This document shows, in pieces, positions 47,018-55,068 of a stretch of DNA of 61,274 nucleotides. Below the pieces are notes generated by a model. The model was not told the DNA's origin, ran no database searches, and was given only the letters and a program-made list of their open reading frames with translations. The position numbers were made by a program, and so were the translations under genes. The first letter of the stretch is position 1. Each line of letters begins with the position of its first letter. This DNA is from Candidatus Omnitrophota bacterium. GTDB taxonomy: Bacteria > Omnitrophota > Gorgyraeia > Gygaellales > Profunditerraquicolaceae. The stretch lies in the NCBI GenBank assembly GCA_028712255.1, contig JAQTQJ010000011.1, positions 1 through 61,274 of the forward strand, in the 5' to 3' direction.

Positions 47018-47046
47018 TTGACAGGCAAAGCGAGTGCATTTATAAT
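47018..47046 (+). promoter_or_regulatory. Consensus sigma70-type promoter (TTGACA-17-TATAAT) of fibre-like gene 2
   Basis: TTGACA at 47018-47023 and TATAAT at 47041-47046. Confidence 0.7.
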
Positions 47047-47067
47047 ATAATCAATCCTGGAGGCGAT

Positions 47068-48435
47068 ATGTTCAAATTATTTAAAAGTATTTTTCTAATT
47101 TCCTTTATTTTGTTTTTCTGTCTAACTTATCTTTTTGCTGTTGAAGAAATTACTATTACTACTTATTATCCTTCGCCTTACGGAAGCTACAATGAGTTAA
47201 CAGTAGCAAGTAGGCAGGCTATAGGAGATGTTAATGGAGACGGTGGAGTAGATAATTCTGACCTGGGAGTTGATGATTCTGGAAATCCCTTACCCGGAAG
47301 CCTGATAGTGGCAGGCAATGTCGGAATAGGGAAACGGTCACCATTTCGTAAATTGGACGTGGCAGGAGGAGCAAGCTTAGAGGATACTTTGTTCGTATAT
47401 GCTACCCAAAATGCGGATTATAACGTTGGCGCTCAAATTATGACAAACAGGAGCAGCGTAACCGGTAGTAATACTGCTTTGAAGCTTTATGCTGCCGGCG
47501 CAACGAATAACTATGCTTTAATTGTTCAAACTGGCGATGTCGGTATTGGGACGACGACTCCGCAAAGAACTTTAGATGTTAGTACAAATGGGCAAATTAC
47601 TTTTGGCAATAATGGTTATTCTTCTACCAGTTCGCCTGGAATGTTTTGGTATTCCGACAACGTAAACTATGGTATTTATAAATCTGCCGGTTCTTGGTCA
47701 AGTCCGAATTATCAGCAATTGACCTTAGCCTTCGCAACTGGTATTGTTATCGATGGCGGCAGTGTTTATGGTAAAAGCGGTACAGTTTTGCAGCCAAATG
47801 GCGGCAATGTCGGCATTGGGATGACGACACCGTCGACTAGTAAACTAGCAGTTGCAGGTTCAATTGCCGGAGGGGAAACATCAACGGGTTGGGTGCTAGG
47901 GAAAGGCGCTTGGGGTCCGGATGTATGGTTAAGACTTACAACAACACAGGCAGGTTCTACTTATCATAATTTTGCTGTCGGTCCTTTCTGGGCTAACGGT
48001 GCCACACGTTATGATTTAGCTGAAGTTACTCCGGTAAGAAAAGAGGATATATTAGAGGTTGGAGATGTAGTTTGTATAGATCAAGAAGCAAGGGTGAGGA
48101 TGAGACGCAGCCAGAAGGCTTATGATTTTCTTGTTGCCGGTATTGTTTCAGATCCGAATACTGCCTCTATGGTAATCGGAGGAGATACCCCTCCGGAAAA
48201 AATTAATTCCATTAATGATAAGAAACCTATTGCTTTAGTCGGACGGGTGCTGTGTAAAGTTAGTACAGAAAATGGACCGATTGAAATAGGAGATTTATTG
48301 GTTACTTCCAATAAACCCGGTTATGCCATGAAGGCAAATATAGATAAGCTAAAGCCGGGTATGGTATTGGGAAAAGCTATGGAATCTTTAAAAGATGGCG
48401 AAGGCAAAATTGTTGTTTGGGTAACATTGCAATAA
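47068..48435 (+). CDS. Secreted fibre/adhesin-like protein, long paralogue (unknown family)
   Basis: 455 aa. Signal peptide (..YLFA/VEE), identical EEITITTYYPSPYGSYN module, dockerin/EF-hand-like GDVNGDGGVDNSD, three G(N/D)VGIG(K/T/M)..P...L.V.G repeats, and a distinct ~150-aa C-terminal domain (YDLAEVTP...). Confidence 0.6.
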   Translation: MFKLFKSIFLISFILFFCLTYLFAVEEITITTYYPSPYGSYNELTVASRQAIGDVNGDGGVDNSDLGVDDSGNPLPGSLIVAGNVGIGKRSPFRKLDVAGGASLEDTLFVYATQNADYNVGAQIMTNRSSVTGSNTALKLYAAGATNNYALIVQTGDVGIGTTTPQRTLDVSTNGQITFGNNGYSSTSSPGMFWYSDNVNYGIYKSAGSWSSPNYQQLTLAFATGIVIDGGSVYGKSGTVLQPNGGNVGIGMTTPSTSKLAVAGSIAGGETSTGWVLGKGAWGPDVWLRLTTTQAGSTYHNFAVGPFWANGATRYDLAEVTPVRKEDILEVGDVVCIDQEARVRMRRSQKAYDFLVAGIVSDPNTASMVIGGDTPPEKINSINDKKPIALVGRVLCKVSTENGPIEIGDLLVTSNKPGYAMKANIDKLKPGMVLGKAMESLKDGEGKIVVWVTLQ

Positions 48436-48452
48436 TATTTTTTTAGTTAGAT

Positions 48453-48500
48453 TTCCCTCCTTTTTACGTCTATTGAAGGTAGAAAGGGGGAATTTTTGTT
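48453..48500 (+). terminator. Intrinsic terminator of fibre-like gene 2
   Basis: TTCCCTCCTTTTT-loop-AGAAAGGGGGAA followed by TTTTTGTTT. Confidence 0.65.
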
Positions 48501-48537
48501 TATAGCTGTAAGTTTTAAGTCCTAAGCTGTAAGCTAA
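48501..48537. repeat. Family B half-element (direct repeat of 46081; inverted partner of 48885-48933)
   Basis: TATAGCTGTAAGTTTTAAGTCCTAAGCTGTAAGCTAAA. Confidence 0.85.
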
Positions 48538-48544
48538 AGACAAT

Positions 48545-48910
48545 ATGGCAGGAACCTTCAAAGAAATAAAAGTTTGGCAGAAAGCTCATGAATTAGTCCT
48601 AGAAATATACAAAATTACCGAAGGCTTCCCAATTTCAGAAAGATACAATTTAACTTCTCAACTAAGAAGATCATGTGCCTCGGTTCCTACTAATATCGTT
48701 GAAGGCTACAAGAGAAGAAGCGATAAGGATTTTGCGCATTTTCTTAATATGGCCGATAGTTCTTTAGAGGAAACAAAATATCATCTGCTTTTGGCTCATG
48801 ATTTAACGTATTTAGATAAAATTAGTTATGAGCGCCTATTAATATTAGCCGATGAAATCGGCCGAATGCTTTATGGTTTTCAAAATAAGCTTAAAACTTA
48901 CAGCCTATAG
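48545..48910 (+). CDS. Four-helix-bundle protein (23S rRNA intervening-sequence protein / Avd-like family)
   Basis: 121 aa. KVWQKAHELVLEIYKIT..FP..ERYNLTSQLRRSCASVPTNIVEGY.R.S.KDFAHFLNMADSSLEET.YHL is family-typical. Confidence 0.85.
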   Translation: MAGTFKEIKVWQKAHELVLEIYKITEGFPISERYNLTSQLRRSCASVPTNIVEGYKRRSDKDFAHFLNMADSSLEETKYHLLLAHDLTYLDKISYERLLILADEIGRMLYGFQNKLKTYSL

Positions 48911-48933
48911 CTTATAGCTTACAACTTACAGCT
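48885..48933. repeat. Family B half-element, inverted orientation; overlaps the last codons of the four-helix-bundle gene
   Basis: ATAAGCTTAAAACTTACAGCCTATAGCTTATAGCTTACAACTTACAGCT. CTTAAAACTTACAGC is the reverse complement of GCTGTAAGTTTTAAG at 48505. Confidence 0.85.
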
Positions 48934-48947
48934 AGGGTAATATTCGT

Positions 48948-48976
48948 TTGACAGTATGAAGTGGGCAAGTTATAAT
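48948..48976 (+). promoter_or_regulatory. Consensus sigma70-type promoter (TTGACA-17-TATAAT) upstream of recA
   Basis: TTGACA at 48948-48953 and TATAAT at 48971-48976. Confidence 0.65.
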
Positions 48977-49008
48977 ATTTTATTAAATTCGAAAAATTGG
49001 AGGTTAGG

Positions 49009-50037
49009 ATGGTTACTAAAGAGAAAAAAGAAGAGGCGCAGCAAAATATTTCTGATCGCAGCAAGGCGCTGGAATTGGCTTTAGCGCAGATAGAGAAGCA
49101 GTTTGGCAAGGGTTCGATTATGAAGCTGGGTGCGCATACTAAAGTCAATATTGAAACGATATCTACAGGTGCTTTGACCCTGGATCTGGCTTTGGGGATA
49201 GGTGGCCTTCCTCGTGGAAGAGTAGTGGAAATATTCGGGCCGGAAGCTTCCGGTAAAACTACTTTGACTTTAACGGCCATCAGGGAGATTCAGAAAAAGG
49301 GAGGAGTGGCAGCATTTATTGATGCGGAGCATGCTTTCGATTCAACTTATGCCAAGCTTATCGGAGTCAACTTAGATGATCTTTTGATATCACAGCCGGA
49401 TACCGGTGAGCAAGCTTTGGAGATTGCCGAAACCTTGGTGCGTTCTAATGCTGTAGATTTAGTGGTAATTGATTCAGTGGCGGCATTAACTCCGCGCGCT
49501 GAAATCGAAGGAGAGATGGGAGACTCTCATATGGGCCTTCAGGCGCGCCTGATGTCGCAGGCCTTGCGTAAATTGACCGGCTGCATTAGTAAATCGCGCA
49601 CTACTTTAATTTTTATTAATCAGCTGCGCGAGAAGATTGGCGTGATGTTCGGTTCGCCGGAGACTACCCCGGGAGGCCGGGCGCTTAAATTTTACGCGTC
49701 AGTAAGATTAGATGTGCGTAGGATTGCTTATTTAAAAGACGGAGATAAAATTATTGGCAATCATGTCAGGGTAAAGGTAGTTAAAAATAAAATTGCTCCG
49801 CCTTTTCGTGAAGCTGAGTTTGATATTATGCATAATGGAGGTATTGCCAAATCCGGAGCAGTGATTGATGGGGCGCTAAATTTGGAAGTAATTGCCAAAA
49901 GCGGTACCTGGCTTTCATTTGAAGATAAAAAGCTGGGCCAGGGTAGGGATGCAGCGATAAAATTCTTAAAAGAGAATCCAAAATTACAGGAAGATATTGA
50001 AAAAGCAACTCGTAAAAAGTCAAGCCTGGCTGAATAA
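49009..50037 (+). CDS. recA: Recombinase RecA
   Basis: ATG 49009 after [14 protein letters not shown] Walker A, family-typical throughout. Confidence 0.95.
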   Translation: MVTKEKKEEAQQNISDRSKALELALAQIEKQFGKGSIMKLGAHTKVNIETISTGALTLDLALGIGGLPRGRVVEIFGPEASGKTTLTLTAIREIQKKGGVAAFIDAEHAFDSTYAKLIGVNLDDLLISQPDTGEQALEIAETLVRSNAVDLVVIDSVAALTPRAEIEGEMGDSHMGLQARLMSQALRKLTGCISKSRTTLIFINQLREKIGVMFGSPETTPGGRALKFYASVRLDVRRIAYLKDGDKIIGNHVRVKVVKNKIAPPFREAEFDIMHNGGIAKSGAVIDGALNLEVIAKSGTWLSFEDKKLGQGRDAAIKFLKENPKLQEDIEKATRKKSSLAE

Positions 50038-50479
50038 TACGGAAAAAGCCAAAGCCTATGCTTTTCTGCTGCTTAAGTTTCGCCTGCGTAGTGAGAACGA
50101 GTTATTAGCGCGTTTAAAACAAAAAGGCTTTTCCCAAGAGCTAGCAGTAGACACGGTTAATTTTTTAAAAGATAAAGAGTTTATCGATGATCGTGTTTTT
50201 GCCAAGGGTTGGGTAGCAGCTCGCCTTAAACGGCCGTTTGGTATAAGAAGAATAAGGCAGGAGCTTTTGAGTAAAGGCTTAAGTGAGCAGATTATTGAGG
50301 ATTCTCTGGTTCAAGCCAGAGAAGATTATAGTGAAAGCCAGATAGTCAGTCAGTTAGCTAAGCAGAGATTTTCAAAATTAGCTGGTATAGAGCCGCAGAA
50401 AGCAAAAGCGCGCGTATATGGTTATTTGATACGTCGGGGGTTCTCACCGGATATAGTGAGTGAAATAATCAAAAAATAA
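49997..50479 (+). CDS. recX: Regulatory protein RecX
   Basis: 160 aa in the RecX position, with a three-repeat helical pattern. The only in-frame start is TTG 49997, overlapping recA by 41 nt, so the start is uncertain. Confidence 0.7.
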   Translation: MKKQLVKSQAWLNNTEKAKAYAFLLLKFRLRSENELLARLKQKGFSQELAVDTVNFLKDKEFIDDRVFAKGWVAARLKRPFGIRRIRQELLSKGLSEQIIEDSLVQAREDYSESQIVSQLAKQRFSKLAGIEPQKAKARVYGYLIRRGFSPDIVSEIIKK

Positions 50480-50539
50480 GGGAGACGGTTCTATTTTTTC
50501 CGTCGCTTTATATGATTAAAAAATAGAACCGTCACCTTT
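50478..50539. repeat. Family A palindrome (variant GGGAGACGGTTCT / AGAACCGTCACC)
   Basis: AAGGGAGACGGTTCTATTTTTT-loop-AAAAAATAGAACCGTCACCTTT. Confidence 0.8.
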
Positions 50540-50551
50540 ATTTTCATAATT

Positions 50552-53161
50552 ATGACCGCGGATATTTTAAGAGAAAAATTTCTTACTTTTTTTAAAGCCA
50601 AGAAACATAAGGTTATTGATAGTGATTCTTTAGTTCCTAAGGATGATCCTACGGTATTATTTACTCCCGCCGGAATGAATCAGTTTAAAAAAGAATTTTT
50701 AGGGCTTGATTCTGGTTTTAAACGAGCGGCTACTTCACAGCGTTGCCTGCGCACGGATGATTTGGATAAAGTAGGTAAAACCAGCGTGCATCATACTTTT
50801 TTTGAGATGTTGGGAAATTTTTCTTTCGGCGGCTATTTTAAGAATGAGGCGATATCCTGGGCTTGGGAGTTTTTAACTGAAGAATTAAAAATTAGCCCGG
50901 ATAAACTTTGGATTTCAGTTTATCAAGATGATGATGAGGCTTATGATATTTGGAGGAATGTTATAAAAATTACTGAAAATAAAATTATTAGATTAGGGGA
51001 TAAGGATAATTTTTGGCCGGCAGAAGCAAAAACCAAAGGGCCTAATGGCCCATGCGGCCCATGCTCGGAGATATTTTATGATTTTGGAGATGATGTAGGA
51101 TGTAAAAAACCGGATTGTTCGCCGGCTTGTAGTTGTGGAAGATTTGCCGAGATTTGGAATTTAGTATTTACCCAATTTAACCGTAAACCCGATGGCTCTT
51201 TAGAGCCATTACCTAATAAAAATATCGATACCGGAATGGGGCTAGAAAGGCTAGCTGCGGTTATCCAGGGAGTAAAAAGTAATTTTGAAACTGAATTGTT
51301 CCAGCCGGTAATAAAAGAGATAACTAAGGGACTGCCCCCGACCTGCCCGCCGACGCGTCAGTGGCGGGAGGGGACTGTCCCCGTTGAATCGCTTTATGCC
51401 ATAGCTGATCATGTGCGGGCAGTAGTATTTTCCATCTTTGACGGAATATTGCCTTCTAATGAAGGAAGAGGTTATGTAATAAGAAAAATAATACGTAAAT
51501 CCATTTTACATTTAAATAGCTTGGGAATTAAAGGCCCTTTTCTTTACCGTTTAGTGGCAACAGTGGTTGAAATTATGCGCAAACCTTATCCTGAATTGAC
51601 TAATCGACGGGAAGAAATTGCCCAGATTATTTTAGCCGAAGAAAAAAATTTTATTAATACGCTTAGTTCAAGCGAAGAATTATTCAGGAGTAAATTTATT
51701 GAATTTATAAATAAACCAAATCCCGAAGCCGTGGGGAATATAGTTTTCCTGTTGCATGATACCTATGGAATTCCTCTGGAGTTAACTAAAGAATGGCTGG
51801 ATAAGCATAATATAAGTTTCTCCGAAAATGCTTTTGAGGCGGCTATGAAGGAGCAGAAGGCGCGTTCAAAGGCTGGTAGCGCAATGAAAGGCGATGTATT
51901 TGGCGCCAAAGGCCTGGATATAAAAGTTAAAGAGAGTAAATTTGTTGGTTATAAAGATAATTCCGCGGAAGCTAAAATTCTGGCCATATTAAAAGATAAT
52001 AAGGAAGTGGATGAGATTTTATCTGAGGACAAGATACAGGTTGTTTTAGATAAGACCCCGTTTTATGCAGAAAGCGGCGGCCAAGTTGGGGATACTGGGG
52101 AGTTAGTGAAAGGGGAAAATGTTTTTGAAGTTCTTGATACTAAAAAAATCGATAATGTTATTTTACATATTGGTAAGGTCAAATCCGGTAATTTTAAAAA
52201 AGGTGATTCGGTAGTTGCTAAGATAGATGTCGAGCGCAGGTTAAATATTTCCAAGAATCACACGGCAACGCATTTATTACAGGCATCTTTACGGGAAGTT
52301 CTAGGAAATCACGTCCAACAGCAAGGATCCCTAGTCACTGAGGAAAAACTTCGTTTTGATTTCACACATTTTAAAGGGTTATCAGGCCAAGAAATTACCA
52401 GGGTTGAGGAGCTAGCTAATAGCTATATTATTAAAAATTATGTGGTGGATTCTAAAGAGATGGCGCTTAAAGAAGCTAAGAAAGCTGGAGCTTTAGCTTT
52501 TTTTGAGGAAAAATATGGTGAAAATGTACGTGTGGTTGAAATTGGAGGTATTTCAAAAGAACTTTGCGGTGGTACGCACCTCAATGATATTAAGCAAATC
52601 GGTTTGATAAAAATAATCAGTGAAAGTAGCGTCGCCAGCGGAATAAGAAGGATTGAAGCAGTTACTGCGAAGTTTGCCGAACAGTTTGTTAAGGATCAGG
52701 AGCAAAAAGCGATTGAAGAATCCAAAAAGAAGATTAAGTTGGAAGAGAAGAAAGCACAAGAGAAGAAACGTAGCGCAGAGATGAATAGTGCGCTGCCTGC
52801 TCGGGCGCTTGAACTTTCAGAGAAGTACGTAAAGATAAACGGAATAAATGCTGTTTTTTCGGTTGAAAATAATTTAGATATGAAGTTACTGCGTCTTTTG
52901 GCGGACACGGTTAAGGCTAAGCTTACTCAGGCAGCAATCGTTTTAGGATCTAATGATGGCAACAGAGCTTTTCTAGTTGTTGGTTTGACTGCGGATTTAT
53001 GTTTAAAGGGATTAAGCGCCAAAGATATTATTCTTGAAGTTGCCTCGCTTATTGGCGGTAGCGGTGGCGGAAGGGAAGATTTTGCGCAAGCCGGAGGCAA
53101 TTTACCGGAGAATTTTACGCTGGTATTTGATAAAATAAAGGATATAATAATAAAGTTATGA
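50552..53161 (+). CDS. alaS: Alanine--tRNA ligase
   Basis: 869 aa. FTPAGMNQFK, editing-domain HTATHLL and C-terminal DHHA1-like domain. Contains an in-frame GC-rich palindromic insert at 51328-51383. Confidence 0.95.
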   Translation: MTADILREKFLTFFKAKKHKVIDSDSLVPKDDPTVLFTPAGMNQFKKEFLGLDSGFKRAATSQRCLRTDDLDKVGKTSVHHTFFEMLGNFSFGGYFKNEAISWAWEFLTEELKISPDKLWISVYQDDDEAYDIWRNVIKITENKIIRLGDKDNFWPAEAKTKGPNGPCGPCSEIFYDFGDDVGCKKPDCSPACSCGRFAEIWNLVFTQFNRKPDGSLEPLPNKNIDTGMGLERLAAVIQGVKSNFETELFQPVIKEITKGLPPTCPPTRQWREGTVPVESLYAIADHVRAVVFSIFDGILPSNEGRGYVIRKIIRKSILHLNSLGIKGPFLYRLVATVVEIMRKPYPELTNRREEIAQIILAEEKNFINTLSSSEELFRSKFIEFINKPNPEAVGNIVFLLHDTYGIPLELTKEWLDKHNISFSENAFEAAMKEQKARSKAGSAMKGDVFGAKGLDIKVKESKFVGYKDNSAEAKILAILKDNKEVDEILSEDKIQVVLDKTPFYAESGGQVGDTGELVKGENVFEVLDTKKIDNVILHIGKVKSGNFKKGDSVVAKIDVERRLNISKNHTATHLLQASLREVLGNHVQQQGSLVTEEKLRFDFTHFKGLSGQEITRVEELANSYIIKNYVVDSKEMALKEAKKAGALAFFEEKYGENVRVVEIGGISKELCGGTHLNDIKQIGLIKIISESSVASGIRRIEAVTAKFAEQFVKDQEQKAIEESKKKIKLEEKKAQEKKRSAEMNSALPARALELSEKYVKINGINAVFSVENNLDMKLLRLLADTVKAKLTQAAIVLGSNDGNRAFLVVGLTADLCLKGLSAKDIILEVASLIGGSGGGREDFAQAGGNLPENFTLVFDKIKDIIIKL
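51328..51383. repeat. GC-rich hairpin pair (family C-like) in-frame inside alaS
   Basis: CCCGCC-GACGCGTCAGT-GGCGGG (51346-51368) and GGGGAC-T-GTCCCC (51370-51382). Same CCGCC/GGCGG stem and 11-nt loop as 5797-5817. Confidence 0.75.
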
Positions 53162-54384
53162 AAATAATCCGTTTTACCAGTAAAAAATTAGAAAAGATTT
53201 ACAATCGAGGGCAATCACGGCAGAGGCGCGTTGAAGAGAAAGTCAGAAAGATTATTGACGATGTGCGTTTTTTCGGCGATGAGGCATTACTTAAATATAC
53301 CCGTAAATTCGATAAGGTTAAATTAAGCTTGCGCCAACTGAAAGTTTCTCAGATTGAGATTAGTGGGGCTTATGCGAATATTAGTCCGGATTTTGTTCCT
53401 TCTCTAAGAGTAATTATCGAAAATGTAAACCGTTTTTATCGTAAACAACTACGTAAATCCTGGAGGATTAAAGGGGCCGAAGGAGTGGTCTTGGGAGAAA
53501 ACTATACGCCCTTAGACAGGATAGGCGTCTATATACCTGCCGGTACGGCACCACTAGTTTCTACCGTATATATGACTGTTTTACCGGCAAAACTGGCGCA
53601 GGTTAAAAAAGTTGTTTTGATCAGCCCTCCGGATAAAAACGGGTATATTAACCCGCATATTTTAGTTATTGCTGACCTGTTAAAGGTTGATGAGGTTTAT
53701 CGGGTTGGCGGGGCGCAGGGAATTGCTGGCTTGGCTTATGGGACTAAAACTATTCCTAAGGTAGATAAGATTGTTGGCCCGGGCAATATTTATGTAAGCG
53801 AAGCAAAACGTCAGGTATATGGGGCAGTTGATATTGATATGATTGCCGGGCCTACGGAGCTAGTGATTATTGCTAATCGTTTCAGTGACCCGAAATTTGT
53901 TATTGCTGATTTACGCGCTCAAGCCGAACATGCAAAGGGCCTGGCAATATTAATTACTAATTCTAAAAGTTTGGCCAATGAAGTAAAGTCTAAGCTTTCC
54001 GGGGATAATGGTTATATTATTTTGACAAAAAATTTAGAGCAGGCTGCTGAGATTGCTAATAGAATAGCTCCTGAACATTTGGAGATTTTGGTACAGAATC
54101 CTAAGACTTTACTTAAGAGGATAAAAAATGCCGGAGCAATATTCTTAGGCCCTTATAGCCCTGTAGCCCTAGGTGATTATGTTGCCGGGCCTAGCCATGT
54201 TTTACCCACAGGAGGCTCTGCTCGCTTTTTCTCAGGGCTCAACGTTTATGATTTTATTAAGAGCAGCCATATAATCAGTTATTCAAAAAAAGCATTAGAA
54301 AAAATACGTGAGCCATTGGAAAAAGTTGCTGGGATTGAAGGACTGCAAAAACACGTGGATTCTGTAAGGAGCAGGTTTGTATAG
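53158..54384 (+). CDS. hisD: Histidinol dehydrogenase
   Basis: 408 aa. ATGA overlap with alaS. Family-typical sequence (..GPGNIYV.EAKR.V.G.V.IDM.AGPTE..). Confidence 0.95.
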   Translation: MKIIRFTSKKLEKIYNRGQSRQRRVEEKVRKIIDDVRFFGDEALLKYTRKFDKVKLSLRQLKVSQIEISGAYANISPDFVPSLRVIIENVNRFYRKQLRKSWRIKGAEGVVLGENYTPLDRIGVYIPAGTAPLVSTVYMTVLPAKLAQVKKVVLISPPDKNGYINPHILVIADLLKVDEVYRVGGAQGIAGLAYGTKTIPKVDKIVGPGNIYVSEAKRQVYGAVDIDMIAGPTELVIIANRFSDPKFVIADLRAQAEHAKGLAILITNSKSLANEVKSKLSGDNGYIILTKNLEQAAEIANRIAPEHLEILVQNPKTLLKRIKNAGAIFLGPYSPVALGDYVAGPSHVLPTGGSARFFSGLNVYDFIKSSHIISYSKKALEKIREPLEKVAGIEGLQKHVDSVRSRFV

Positions 54385-54393
54385 CTATAAAAT

Positions 54394-54430
54394 AAAGGGG
54401 ACGGTTCTCTAGTTTTAGAGAACCGTCCCC
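54394..54430. repeat. Family A palindrome (short-loop form)
   Basis: AAAGGGGACGGTTCTCTA-GTTT-TAGAGAACCGTCCCC. Confidence 0.85.
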
Positions 54431-54459
54431 GGATTTCTAATTCTTTAAGGAGTGATTTT

Positions 54460-55068
54460 ATGAACAAGAGGACTTTTAATTATAGGAGAGCTAGCAAGGA
54501 AACTGTCATTGACGTTAAATTAAACATTGATGGTTCAGGGGAAGTAAAAATTAATTCGGGTATCGGTTTTTTAGATCACATGTTTGAATTATTTGCTTTT
54601 TGGGGGCATTTTGATTTAGAACTTACTACTATTGAAGCTGACTTAAAAGTAGATGTTCATCATACAAATGAAGATTTAGGTATTGTTTTGGGGCAAGTTT
54701 TTAAAAAAGCATTGGGAGATAAAGTAGGTATTAATAGGCTTGGATCTATGTCAGTACCTATGGAAGATGTAACAGCGAGTGTGGCTGTTGATGTTAGCGG
54801 TAGAGGTTCGTTTAAATTGACTATTGGGCAATTAGGCTACGAGATTCAACCTCAGGATGGATATGATATTAAATACGCGGAGCATTTTTTTGAGGCATTT
54901 GCCAAACAACTGGGGATGAATTTAAACATAAAGATCGATCATCCTAATCGTGATTTACACGCTACTCTGGAGCCAGTTTTTAAAGCCCTGGGTATTGCTT
55001 TGGATCAAGCCACCCAAATTGACCCACGTAGAAAAGGGATTCCATCGACCAAAGGCGTAATTGACTAA
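54460..55068 (+). CDS. hisB: Imidazoleglycerol-phosphate dehydratase
   Basis: 202 aa. GIGFLDHM and HHTNEDLGI motifs. Confidence 0.95.
   Translation: MNKRTFNYRRASKETVIDVKLNIDGSGEVKINSGIGFLDHMFELFAFWGHFDLELTTIEADLKVDVHHTNEDLGIVLGQVFKKALGDKVGINRLGSMSVPMEDVTASVAVDVSGRGSFKLTIGQLGYEIQPQDGYDIKYAEHFFEAFAKQLGMNLNIKIDHPNRDLHATLEPVFKALGIALDQATQIDPRRKGIPSTKGVID

Noticed and set aside
3465-48435. Exosortase/PEP-CTERM system, suggested by the PEP-CTERM-locus-type deacetylase.
   Set aside because: No exosortase (EpsH/XrtA) gene is visible, and neither secreted protein ends in a PEP-CTERM sorting signal.
46214-48933. Diversity-generating retroelement, considering an Avd-like four-helix-bundle gene next to variable-C-terminus surface proteins.
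   Set aside because: No reverse transcriptase gene is present. I could find no template/variable repeat pair (a ~100-nt near-duplicate with A-specific mismatches) between the 3' ends of the fibre genes and nearby non-coding DNA.
22868-49008. Track starts at non-ATG codons upstream of good SD+ATG pairs (22868, 27376, 32842, 41232, 48997, 19012, 10160).
   Set aside because: In each case a downstream in-frame ATG with a Shine-Dalgarno sequence fits family N-termini better. At 41232 the supposed start codon is the TTG of a TTGACA -35 box.
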